A program made the position numbers and the translations under genes. Positions 28,921 through 37,903 of a DNA stretch of 64,000 nucleotides are shown piece after piece; the stretch's first letter is position 1, and every line of letters begins with the position of its first letter. The stretch spans positions 196 through 64,195 of the forward strand of contig CAMBEQ010000007.1 of assembly GCA_945865545.1 (NCBI GenBank). Direction: 5' to 3'. The notes beneath the pieces are model-generated. The model was not told where the DNA came from. It saw only the letters and a list, made by a program, of their open reading frames with translations, and made no database searches. Source of the DNA: Sediminibacterium ginsengisoli (GTDB lineage Bacteria > Bacteroidota > Bacteroidia > Chitinophagales > Chitinophagaceae).

Positions 28921-29007
28921 AATTTTAAATTTGTATTTTAATAATTATTTAAACAATTTATTGATAAATTTAAAAAAATAATTATTACGTTAGTTTAAAT
29001 AAAATAT

Positions 29008-30024
29008 TTAGAAAATTATTTTTAAAATAGTTCCTCCCCAAGAATAACCAACTCCGAAACCAGCTAATAAAATATGATTTCCTTTAAATAATTTATTCTC
29101 TATTTTTGCATGGTAAAGTGCTATAGGAATTGTTGATGATACAGTATTTCCACAATCTTCAATGTGCATATAAAATTTATCATTTTCTATTGCTGACTTT
29201 TTCTTGAGGCTATCAAGCATGAATTTATTTGCTTGATGAAAAATATATAAATCGATATCACCTTTATTAAGCATATTCTTATTTAAAGTTTCTAAAATCA
29301 AATTTGGAACAGATGCTAAAGTAAATAAAAATATCTCCTGCCCATTCATATATAAGAAGTCATCAGGATTATATTCATCAGTATTTGAAACAGGGCCGTG
29401 AGCAAATGTACTAAAATTTCTTAATCCGCGATTTCTAACAATTAGATTTTCAGCTCCTTTACCATCTGTGCCATATTGAAAGTCCATGATTTCAGCAAAT
29501 CCAGTTTCTGAAGAAATTAATGTTGCAGCTGCTGCATCACCGAAGATAGTCCTATTTCCTTTATCACTTGGGTGAATAAATTTAGAATAAGTCTCAGAGG
29601 TTATTAATAAAACGTTTTTAGCTTGTTGCGAATGGATTAATCCTTTTGCCAAACCTAGTCCATATATATAACCTGAACATCCCAGATTAATATCTATTGC
29701 ACCAGTTGTTGTAGAAAGTCCTAATTTGTCCTGAATTATACATGCTGTAGTAGGTAAAAAATAATCAGGACTTTGAGTGCATAAAATGATATAGTCTATT
29801 AAATTTTTTTCAATATTATGTTCAGCAAAAAGTTTTTTTGCAACTTCTATTGCCATATCACCTGAAGTCTGATTTATATCTGAAATAAACCTATTTCGAA
29901 TACCTGTTTTTTCAATGATTTTTTGGCTTGGCCATTCTGGAAATTCTATATTAATTTTATCATTATCTAAAACATTTGTTGGTAAATAATATGATATAGC
30001 TCTTATAAATGATTTCATTTTCAC
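29008..30024 (-). CDS. 3-oxoacyl-ACP synthase III (FabH-like), copy 1
   Basis: Catalytic triad LGCSG / FHQAN / GNTVSSTIP; FGDAAAA; GFGVGYSWG. Confidence 0.92.
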   Translation of the reverse strand: MKMKSFIRAISYYLPTNVLDNDKINIEFPEWPSQKIIEKTGIRNRFISDINQTSGDMAIEVAKKLFAEHNIEKNLIDYIILCTQSPDYFLPTTACIIQDKLGLSTTTGAIDINLGCSGYIYGLGLAKGLIHSQQAKNVLLITSETYSKFIHPSDKGNRTIFGDAAAATLISSETGFAEIMDFQYGTDGKGAENLIVRNRGLRNFSTFAHGPVSNTDEYNPDDFLYMNGQEIFLFTLASVPNLILETLNKNMLNKGDIDLYIFHQANKFMLDSLKKKSAIENDKFYMHIEDCGNTVSSTIPIALYHAKIENKLFKGNHILLAGFGVGYSWGGTILKIIF

Positions 30025-30034
30025 AATGGATTAA

Positions 30035-30781
30035 TTAAAAAGTACTAGATCTACCTCCATCAATATTTAAAACTGCGCCTGTAATCCATCTACTTTTAGA
30101 GGAAAGCAAAAAAACCGACAAATTAGCAACGTCTTCTGGGATCCCATATCCAAGAGGGTATTTTTTTTTATCAATTAAAATCGCCTCTAAAGATACTTTA
30201 GATTCAATTTCTACAGTCAATTTAGTTTCAACTTGACCAGGAGCAATAGAATTAACCCTTATTCGTTGAGATGCTAATTCTGATGCTAAAACTTTAGTTG
30301 TTGAATTCAAAGCTGCTTTTGTAGATGAATAAATTGAATTTCCTTTCATTCCCATTTCACTTGCAATAGAACTAATAAAAATTATTGACGCGTCTTTATT
30401 TATTTTTTTAATTTTCAATAACTTTGAAATTATTACCAAAATTGAATCGTAATTAACTTTTCGGATTTTATTTAGAACTTCGATATTAAAGAATTTTATA
30501 GGAAGTAATTGAACAATTCCAGCACAGTGAACAATGCCATCAAGTTGATGATCTATTTTCGAAATTAATTTATCTAACCCATCTATGTTTATTAAATCAT
30601 AATTTATTCCAACAAAACTCGGTAATTGATTTGATAAAGCATTTAACTTTTCAGTATTTCTACCTACCCCAATTACTATACCTCCATATTTTGAAATTTG
30701 AAGACATGTTTCAAGCCCTATACCTGAAGTAGCGCCAGTAACCAAAAATACTTTTCCGTTTAAATTTATAAAATTTTCCAC
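30035..30781 (-). CDS. Classical SDR oxidoreductase (FabG-like 3-oxoacyl-ACP reductase)
   Basis: VTGATSGIG, HCAG, SSIAS, YSSTK, RVNSIAPG, WITG..LNIDGG. Confidence 0.88.
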   Translation of the reverse strand: MENFINLNGKVFLVTGATSGIGLETCLQISKYGGIVIGVGRNTEKLNALSNQLPSFVGINYDLINIDGLDKLISKIDHQLDGIVHCAGIVQLLPIKFFNIEVLNKIRKVNYDSILVIISKLLKIKKINKDASIIFISSIASEMGMKGNSIYSSTKAALNSTTKVLASELASQRIRVNSIAPGQVETKLTVEIESKVSLEAILIDKKKYPLGYGIPEDVANLSVFLLSSKSRWITGAVLNIDGGRSSTF

Positions 30782-31867
30782 TTATATTAATTCTAAATAT
30801 TTTTCATGAAAACTATTGATTCTACTCTCTTCTTTACCCAAAAAATATGTATTTTCAACAAATGGCATATTTTTTTGAATTTGTTCAAGAATAACTTTAT
30901 CTTCTTCAAGAATTTGATTGATAGAAGTTTTAACCATTTCTAGAAATGCTTTATGAATAGCCTCCTTAGGAATAAAATTATCTCGAAATTTAGGGCTATA
31001 AAAACGCTTTCTTAATATTGATTTTTCTGAATTTACTGGCAAAATATTGCCTACATAAATACTTGTTCCTTCTGTTGATGAAATCAATAAGTTAGGAAAA
31101 ATAAAATAGTGTCTAAAAGTATCATGTTTAATTTCGATATTGTCAAGGTATTTTAATAATTTATTGCCTTCATCTACTTTATCCGATTTTGGATAATCTG
31201 CAACCGAATGTCCATTATAATAATCGTTATTTACTTCTGATTTTCTACAAAACCCCATATTATATAATGTGTTTTGATGAATTGCTGGACAGTGATATGC
31301 TTCAACAACATTTTCAACAATTAATTTCCAATTAATGTTTTGCAAATCATCCTCGAAATAAAAATTATAGTCTATTGCTAAACTTACTTCTAATAGCTTA
31401 TCATGAAAAACTCCCAAATATTCTTTTATCGACTCTGAATTTTGATCAAGGGAAACGAATACAAATTTTCCTACTATTTCTATCCGCAAAGGCTTAACCT
31501 TTAAACAATTGAAATCTTGATGACTCTCATTAAAAGAAGATTTCTTTGGAATTGACTTAACATTACCCTCTTTATCAAAACTCCAATTATGGTATCCACA
31601 TATAAAAAAATCTATTCCTTTAGTTTTAGTTTGAATCCTGTTAAATCTGTGCGGGCATATGTTTTGAAATGCCCTTAATTCACCATTAAAGTTTTGTATA
31701 ACAATTGGGTAATCTAAGATGTCCAGTGTAATAAATGAATTATTTTCTAAGAAATCACTTAACATTCCTGCAAATAACCAATTTTTTGAAAATACTTTAT
31801 CGAACTCTAATTGCTGAGTACTATTTCCAAAATAAAATTTTGGATGAATTAATTTATTGTTATCCAT
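30782..31867 (-). CDS. Rieske non-heme iron oxygenase, alpha-subunit type
   Basis: Rieske ligands NICPHR / FICGYHNW; mononuclear Fe site ENVVEAYHCPAIH ... EEDK; NWKL; IFPNL. Confidence 0.92.
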   Translation of the reverse strand: MDNNKLIHPKFYFGNSTQQLEFDKVFSKNWLFAGMLSDFLENNSFITLDILDYPIVIQNFNGELRAFQNICPHRFNRIQTKTKGIDFFICGYHNWSFDKEGNVKSIPKKSSFNESHQDFNCLKVKPLRIEIVGKFVFVSLDQNSESIKEYLGVFHDKLLEVSLAIDYNFYFEDDLQNINWKLIVENVVEAYHCPAIHQNTLYNMGFCRKSEVNNDYYNGHSVADYPKSDKVDEGNKLLKYLDNIEIKHDTFRHYFIFPNLLISSTEGTSIYVGNILPVNSEKSILRKRFYSPKFRDNFIPKEAIHKAFLEMVKTSINQILEEDKVILEQIQKNMPFVENTYFLGKEESRINSFHEKYLELI

Positions 31868-32936
31868 GGTAATAACTCATATTCGTTTTTAAAGATTTGT
31901 TTAAATTCAATAAAACACTACCCCAAGAAAGTCCTACGCCAAATCCACAGAGCAACACAGACAAATTATTTTTTTGAATTAAATTATTAAATGACTGAAC
32001 AATTGTTAAGGGTATAGATGCACCATTTGTATTTCCGAAGTTTTGAATAGAATTAGGCATTTTGTCTTTGTCAACTTTTAATTTTTTTCTTATTGTCTCA
32101 TTCATAAATAAATTAGCTTGATGGAGAAAAAAATAATCGATATCATCTGTCCTTTTTGACACATATTTAAGAATATTGAAAATTGAATTCGGAGCTTTCT
32201 TTATGGCAAAATTAAACACATCTATGCCTTCTAATTGCAAATCAACACTACTTCTTTTGCCTTGTGATGGGTCATTTATATTAATATCTTTTAAATCAAA
32301 TGAATTTTTATTAGTTCTAAACCTTGATCCTCCAGCCTTAATTTTTATTGCATCACTACCTGTGCCATCACTACCTATATCGAATGTCCAATTACAATTG
32401 GATTGAATATCAAATTCAATTGCTGTTGCTGTCCCAGCATCGCCAAATAATGGATAAACGCTTTTATCATACTTAGAAGTATATGTGCTAATTGTATCCC
32501 CCACCAACAATAATGCTCTATTGAACTTAATGTTTTGAAGTAAGTTTGAAACCAAACTTAACCCATAAATGTATCCCGAGCAGCCTAACGATACATCTAG
32601 ACAAAAACAATCTTGACTTAGACCAAGTCTACTTTGCAATAAATTAGATGTTGCTGGTAAAATATAATCTGATGACTGAGACACAAAAATTAAAATATCA
32701 ATATCATCTTTATGCCAAGCAAGTTCAGTAAGAATTTTTTCAGCAGCCTGTAAACACAAGTCAGACGCACAAGAATCACCTTCTGAGATATGTCGCTGAG
32801 TTATGCCTGTATTTTGTATAAATTTTTCTGCATCTTCATTCGAAAAAAAATCTAAATCAACGGTGCGAATTTTTTTTTCAGGAACACATGCTGAAATACC
32901 CCTTATCTGAACATTTTGAACTTCTAGCAAAGCCAT
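31860..32936 (-). CDS. 3-oxoacyl-ACP synthase III (FabH-like), copy 2
   Basis: LGCSG / LHQAN / GNTNGASIP triad; FGDAGTA; GFGVGLSWG. Confidence 0.92.
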   Translation of the reverse strand: MALLEVQNVQIRGISACVPEKKIRTVDLDFFSNEDAEKFIQNTGITQRHISEGDSCASDLCLQAAEKILTELAWHKDDIDILIFVSQSSDYILPATSNLLQSRLGLSQDCFCLDVSLGCSGYIYGLSLVSNLLQNIKFNRALLLVGDTISTYTSKYDKSVYPLFGDAGTATAIEFDIQSNCNWTFDIGSDGTGSDAIKIKAGGSRFRTNKNSFDLKDININDPSQGKRSSVDLQLEGIDVFNFAIKKAPNSIFNILKYVSKRTDDIDYFFLHQANLFMNETIRKKLKVDKDKMPNSIQNFGNTNGASIPLTIVQSFNNLIQKNNLSVLLCGFGVGLSWGSVLLNLNKSLKTNMSYYHG

Positions 32937-32941
32937 ATTGA

Positions 32942-33169
32942 TTACTTATTACTTAATAATTGAAATAAATCTTCAATTGTAGTACAATTCTTGAAATCCT
33001 CACCAGAAAGAGTTTTTGAATAGTTTTCATCTATAAAAGCAATAATTATTAAAGCCATCATCGAACTCCACTCATCTAATTCCCTAAAATTTGTTTCAAG
33101 GTTTATTAAGCTCAAGTCGGTGTCATCAAATTGCTCCTGAAATCCTTTTAAAAATTCTTCTCTTGTCAT
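32942..33169 (-). CDS. Acyl carrier protein
   Basis: 75 aa, acidic, ELDEWSSMMAL (phosphopantetheine Ser region), CTTIEDLF. Confidence 0.88.
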   Translation of the reverse strand: MTREEFLKGFQEQFDDTDLSLINLETNFRELDEWSSMMALIIIAFIDENYSKTLSGEDFKNCTTIEDLFQLLSNK

Positions 33170-33693
33170 GATATTTTATTTAAAATTTTCCTTATTTTTT
33201 TTGTTTTATTTTTATAATTATCTCTTGATATTGTAAAGTAGACATAATCAGCTGTACTTTTTTCTTCATTCACAATACCCCCTTGTGCGATAGTTGATGA
33301 TATTGCTTTTTTGTTGTCTCGTTTTACATGAGAGAAAATAAAATTTAAGTTCAAATCATCAAATACAAAATCATTGAAGCACAATATCATTCTAGCAACA
33401 ATACTAGATTCTTCGAATTTCTCGCTTGCTAGATAAATTGCTCCTTCCCCTGAGTTTTCTATAATATTTCTAATATTAATAACTCCTACTTTTTCATTTT
33501 TGTACTCTCCGATGAAATAATAATTAAGTTCATTATTAATTTCATCAAACCATTTCTCTTGCATCTCTTTTGTTATGTATTCATTCGAAACCATTCTTTT
33601 ATTAACAAAATCGGAATTCCTCCAGTTTCTTAGCAATTCCAAATCGCTATAACAAACTCTTCTTAGAGAAATATTAAATTTATTTTTTTGCAA
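33166..33693 (-). CDS. pseH: PseH-type GNAT N-acyltransferase
   Basis: DLELLRNWRNS..V...M.....IT.EMQEKWF N-terminus; directly follows pseI; TTG start. Confidence 0.82.
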   Translation of the reverse strand: MQKNKFNISLRRVCYSDLELLRNWRNSDFVNKRMVSNEYITKEMQEKWFDEINNELNYYFIGEYKNEKVGVINIRNIIENSGEGAIYLASEKFEESSIVARMILCFNDFVFDDLNLNFIFSHVKRDNKKAISSTIAQGGIVNEEKSTADYVYFTISRDNYKNKTKKIRKILNKIS

Positions 33694-33711
33694 ATTTAAT
33701 TTTTTTTCAAT

Positions 33712-34752
33712 TTAATGTAAATCATCCAAACTTAACCTATCTCCTTTTTCTAAATCTCGTTTAACGATTTTTCCCAAAACCTCGTAATAATATTTAGGAT
33801 GGAGGCCATATCCAGGCCTAATTGATCTAATATTATTCTTACTAATAATTGCACCAGATTTAATATCTTCAACAACATATAAGGAACGACAATAATCTTT
33901 GCCACGCTGTTGTTTCTCTGACAATTGATAATCAATTTTTCCAATTGCTCTCTCCGCATCTCTAATTGACTTTACCATTTGAGTAAATTCAGTTTCATCC
34001 ATTGAAAAAGATGCGTCTGGTCCACCAATTGAATGATCTAAAATAAAATGTTTTTCTATGATTTTCGCCCCAAAACAAGTTGCCACAATAGGCACCGTAC
34101 TACCTATTGTATGATCAGATAGACCTGCAATAACGCCAAATTTATAAGAAAAATCTTTTACCATAACCATATTAGCTTCCTCAATTGGAGCAGGGTAACT
34201 TGATGTACATTTTAATAATGCAACTTCGTAATTACCTTGTTTATGACATGCATTGATTGCTAATTCGATATCTTCCAAAGTTGCTATTCCGGTTGAAATA
34301 ATTACAGGTTTCCCTTTAGATGCAACTAATTCAATTAACGGGATATCTGTTATTTCAAAAGAAGCAATTTTGTATGCTGGTGCATCCAAACTTTCTAATA
34401 ATTCTACAGCAGATGGATCGAAAGGCGAGGAAAAACAAATTAACCCCTCTTGCTTTGCTACCTTAAATAATTCTACATGCCATTCCCAAGGAGTAAAAGC
34501 TTCCTGATAAAGTTCAAAAAGATTTCTTCCATCCCAAATACTCCCACTATTAATTAAAAAATCATTTTTTTTTGAATCAAGGGTAATTGTGTCAGCTTTG
34601 TAAGTCTGCAGTTTTATACAATCTGCACCTGCTCTTTTTGCAGCTTTAATAGTTTCAATCGCGATCTCGATACTCCCATTGTGATTTGCGGACAACTCTG
34701 CAATTATAAAAACTTTGGAAGTTTGATTAATAGTAAAATTATCGATTTTCAT
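33712..34752 (-). CDS. pseI: Pseudaminic acid synthase
   Basis: FIIAELSANHNG, KLQTY, FTPWEWH, KIASFE, KCTSSYPA, GLSDHT, IEKHF, C-terminal SAF domain. Confidence 0.96.
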   Translation of the reverse strand: MKIDNFTINQTSKVFIIAELSANHNGSIEIAIETIKAAKRAGADCIKLQTYKADTITLDSKKNDFLINSGSIWDGRNLFELYQEAFTPWEWHVELFKVAKQEGLICFSSPFDPSAVELLESLDAPAYKIASFEITDIPLIELVASKGKPVIISTGIATLEDIELAINACHKQGNYEVALLKCTSSYPAPIEEANMVMVKDFSYKFGVIAGLSDHTIGSTVPIVATCFGAKIIEKHFILDHSIGGPDASFSMDETEFTQMVKSIRDAERAIGKIDYQLSEKQQRGKDYCRSLYVVEDIKSGAIISKNNIRSIRPGYGLHPKYYYEVLGKIVKRDLEKGDRLSLDDLH

Positions 34753-34811
34753 TATTTAAATTAAATTGTTCATAAACATAATTTGGTTAACAATTAAATT
34801 TTAAAAATATA

Positions 34812-35798
34812 TCAATTATCTATTGCTAGATTATAAAATATATTTAAATAATTTTGATCATTTAAGTTTATTTTATTTTTTTGATTTTGTATAATATTTT
34901 TTTTATTCTTCAACAAAAAGAATGCGTCAGTTAATCTAATTTGATAATCTTCGGAATTAAAATGATTTATATTTACAATCAACCCCAACTTCTCAAATTC
35001 GGATAATGAAAACCTCTGATTTTCTACAAACCATCCAGATATTATTGGTATACCAACTGTAAAGGCTTCCAATAATATAGTACTAGCTGGCAAAATTGCA
35101 AAATCAGACTTTCTAATAAGTTCAATTATATTACTAGGATTTAAGTTACTGAATGTATTAATCTGAGCTTTTTCATTACTAATTTCATTAACTAAACTTT
35201 CATTAACCAAAATATTGAAAATATCAATTTTATTTTTAATTAATACTTTGATTGTTTCATTTATTAATCTAATTTGATTACTGCCTCCAAAGCAAATAAA
35301 TACACTTTTAAAGTTATCTGAAATAATTGTATTTCGCTTTAATTTTGAAATTTTTCTAAATTCTTTTTTAACCATTAAATAGTCTAACCCTAAGTAAAAT
35401 CTAGTTTTAGTATTAGAATTGTAATCTTCTTTTTTATATACAACTCCATGGTTTATAATTGCATCGCAATTATAAACCATGGAGTTTAAATCGTCAATTA
35501 CAACTAATTTTACATTTTTTTTATTGATTTCACTTTGTACATATTCATTAAATTCATAAGAATCTACTACAACAATATTTCCAGGTTTTAAAAGATCAAA
35601 GAAATCATTCTCATCATCTACAAATATAATTGAATAATGATTGGTTTTTATTAAGTCGACATTTGTAGTAATATTTTTATTAAAGACGAAATTAACTTTA
35701 TACTTATTTTCAGTTATTTCAGCAATAGAAAGACATCTAGAGTAATGTCCAAAACCAATTATATTATTAAAATCAGTTCTAAAAAATATTTTATTCAC
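34812..35798 (-). CDS. pseG: UDP-2,4-diacylamido-2,4,6-trideoxy-beta-L-altropyranose hydrolase
   Basis: FRTD...IGFGHYSRCL, VVDSY, VIDD, LGLDYLMVKKEF, CFGGS, ENQ. Confidence 0.85.
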   Translation of the reverse strand: MNKIFFRTDFNNIIGFGHYSRCLSIAEITENKYKVNFVFNKNITTNVDLIKTNHYSIIFVDDENDFFDLLKPGNIVVVDSYEFNEYVQSEINKKNVKLVVIDDLNSMVYNCDAIINHGVVYKKEDYNSNTKTRFYLGLDYLMVKKEFRKISKLKRNTIISDNFKSVFICFGGSNQIRLINETIKVLIKNKIDIFNILVNESLVNEISNEKAQINTFSNLNPSNIIELIRKSDFAILPASTILLEAFTVGIPIISGWFVENQRFSLSEFEKLGLIVNINHFNSEDYQIRLTDAFFLLKNKKNIIQNQKNKINLNDQNYLNIFYNLAIDN

Positions 35799-35800
35799 AA

Positions 35801-36016
35801 TTATTCTAGTACATTTTTTTTAAACTCTTGAGCATTTGAAATTTTTTTTATTTTTGTCCACTGCTTCCCAATTTCTAAATTATTTGATCCTTTATAAACG
35901 TCTAATGTTTCTGTATCTATAAGAACCCATTTTCTGGGAGCCTTCGTATAAACTGAAAGTGTAATTGCATTATCTAATTCTGGGATTTCTTCATCAATAC
36001 ATTTTCTCATTTTCAT
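35801..36016 (-). CDS. Small hypothetical protein embedded in the pse operon
   Basis: 71 aa; ATGA overlap with the pseF stop; ends 2 nt before the pseG start. Confidence 0.6.
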   Translation of the reverse strand: MKMRKCIDEEIPELDNAITLSVYTKAPRKWVLIDTETLDVYKGSNNLEIGKQWTKIKKISNAQEFKKNVLE

Positions 36017-36702
36017 ACTAAATGATTATTGATTTTATATTTTATTTCTGCCAAATTCCAATCTTCTTCATTATCAATATCTTGAACATGAAATCCATCT
36101 AAAATAACTGGTTTAATACTACTAAAATTTCTTTTAGTTAAACTTTCACTTGAATACCAATACCATTGTCCACAGTCATGATATGCAACTTGCAAATCTT
36201 GACTTCTTGTTTTTTCAAACTCAGGCCACCTCATTTTAACATTTCCATGTTCATCTAAAATAAGGCTTCTTAAAATTGGATATGAAAAAGTAGTAATTGG
36301 ATAAACAACATCAATTTCTCTATTTTTTGATAATATTTCATAACCATTGGCAATATCTTTAACTTGAATCAATGGCGCGGTTGGATATATACAACAAATA
36401 TTTATAAACGATTTATTTCTTAATGCATATTCTTTAACTACCTCATCTATAACATCTAAAGTTGTTGCAAAATCATTTGAATTTTCTTGACTTCTATAAA
36501 AAGGTACTTTTGCACCATATTTTATAGCAACTTCAGCAATTTCAATATCATCCGTTGAAACCATAACTTGATCAAATAACTCAGATTTTAAAGCAGCTTC
36601 TATTGAATATGCAATTATTGGTTTGCCAAAAAAATCTTTTATATTTTTTCTTGGAATTCTTTTACTACCCCCTCTAGCTGGTATTATAGCTAAATTATCC
36701 AT
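36013..36702 (-). CDS. pseF: Pseudaminic acid cytidylyltransferase
   Basis: AIIPARGGSKRIPRKNIK, VSTDD, CCIYPTAP, RSQDL, DCGQWYW, QDIDNEEDW. Confidence 0.95.
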   Translation of the reverse strand: MDNLAIIPARGGSKRIPRKNIKDFFGKPIIAYSIEAALKSELFDQVMVSTDDIEIAEVAIKYGAKVPFYRSQENSNDFATTLDVIDEVVKEYALRNKSFINICCIYPTAPLIQVKDIANGYEILSKNREIDVVYPITTFSYPILRSLILDEHGNVKMRWPEFEKTRSQDLQVAYHDCGQWYWYSSESLTKRNFSSIKPVILDGFHVQDIDNEEDWNLAEIKYKINNHLV

Positions 36703-37900
36703 TGTAAAATTCTTTGATTTTATTAATTACAAAATCTTGGTCAGATTCGGTAAGTGTTGGATACATTGGTAAGCTAATACAACGTGTATAATATTCTTCG
36801 GCATTTGTCATATCTCCAGCTTTCCACCCAAATTGTCTATAATAGGGCATTAAATGGGTAGGTATATAATGTATTTGAGCAAATATTTTATTTTCTTTTA
36901 GAAAATTATAAAGCTCTAATCGTTTATCTACCTCAATTATATATAAATGATAAGCATGCCCTTTTAAAAAGCCAGATTGCCCTTTAATAAATTTACAAAC
37001 GCTAAATGCTTCATTATATTTTTCAGCAATTTGACTTCTCTTTTCAATTCCTGAGTCTGCTCTTTTCAGTTGAGAAATACCTAATGCAGATTGAAAATCT
37101 GTAAGTCTATAATTGTAGCCAAGTTCTTGCATTTCCATATACCATCCTGGAAAATTTTGATTTTCCATACTTGAATTAGAAATACCACTTGCCCAATTAA
37201 TATCATTAATAAATTCATTGCTTGATCTTATTATACCATGTGAGCGTAATTTTATAAGCCTTTTATAAAGTAATTCGTTATTTGTTGTAATCATACCCCC
37301 TTCACCAGTTGCAATATGTTTTACAGGATGAAATGAAAAAATAGCCAAATCAGCAAATTTACTATTTCCACAATATTGTTTTATATTATTACTATCTAGA
37401 AAAAACCCACCTGGAGCATGACACGCATCTTCAATAATCCAAAGTCCAAATTCGTCTGCTAAATTTCTAAATTCCTCTAAATTAATTGCCCTTCCTGCGA
37501 AATCAACAGGAATAATTCCTTTATAAGTTCCTTTGGGTGCAGATTCAAGTAAATGCCTAACTTTTTGAATATCTAATAAATATGTTTGAGGATTGATATC
37601 ACTAAAAACAACCTCACCTCCACAATATCTTATGCAATTAGCAGATGCCGCAAATGTAATTGGTGTTGTAATTACCTTTTGCCCTTCTTTTATACTAAGA
37701 GCTAGTGCACATAAATGCAATGCGGCTGTTCCATTTGCAACTGCGACTGCATATTTACATCCAATATAATCTGCAAATTTTGATTCAAATTCTTCAATTT
37801 TTGGACCTTGAGTTAAATAGTCTGACTTTAAAGCTTTAACAACAGCTTCAATATCTTCATCTGTTATATGTTGTTTGCCGTATGGTATATTAAGCTCCAT
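36695..37900 (-). CDS. pseC: UDP-4-amino-4,6-dideoxy-N-acetyl-beta-L-altrosamine transaminase
   Basis: IPYGKQHI, LTQGP, NGTAALH, EDACHA, FSFHPVKHIATGEGG, LGYNYRLTD. Confidence 0.95.
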   Translation of the reverse strand: MELNIPYGKQHITDEDIEAVVKALKSDYLTQGPKIEEFESKFADYIGCKYAVAVANGTAALHLCALALSIKEGQKVITTPITFAASANCIRYCGGEVVFSDINPQTYLLDIQKVRHLLESAPKGTYKGIIPVDFAGRAINLEEFRNLADEFGLWIIEDACHAPGGFFLDSNNIKQYCGNSKFADLAIFSFHPVKHIATGEGGMITTNNELLYKRLIKLRSHGIIRSSNEFINDINWASGISNSSMENQNFPGWYMEMQELGYNYRLTDFQSALGISQLKRADSGIEKRSQIAEKYNEAFSVCKFIKGQSGFLKGHAYHLYIIEVDKRLELYNFLKENKIFAQIHYIPTHLMPYYRQFGWKAGDMTNAEEYYTRCISLPMYPTLTESDQDFVINKIKEFYNG

Positions 37901-37903
37901 GTT

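Noticed and set aside
29008-33169. ACP/KAS III/SDR read as a stand-alone fatty-acid, aryl-polyene or dialkylresorcinol cluster
   Set aside because: No FabF/FabB, FabZ, DarA/DarB-specific context or ligase; the genes overlap pseH and are co-transcribed with the pse operon.
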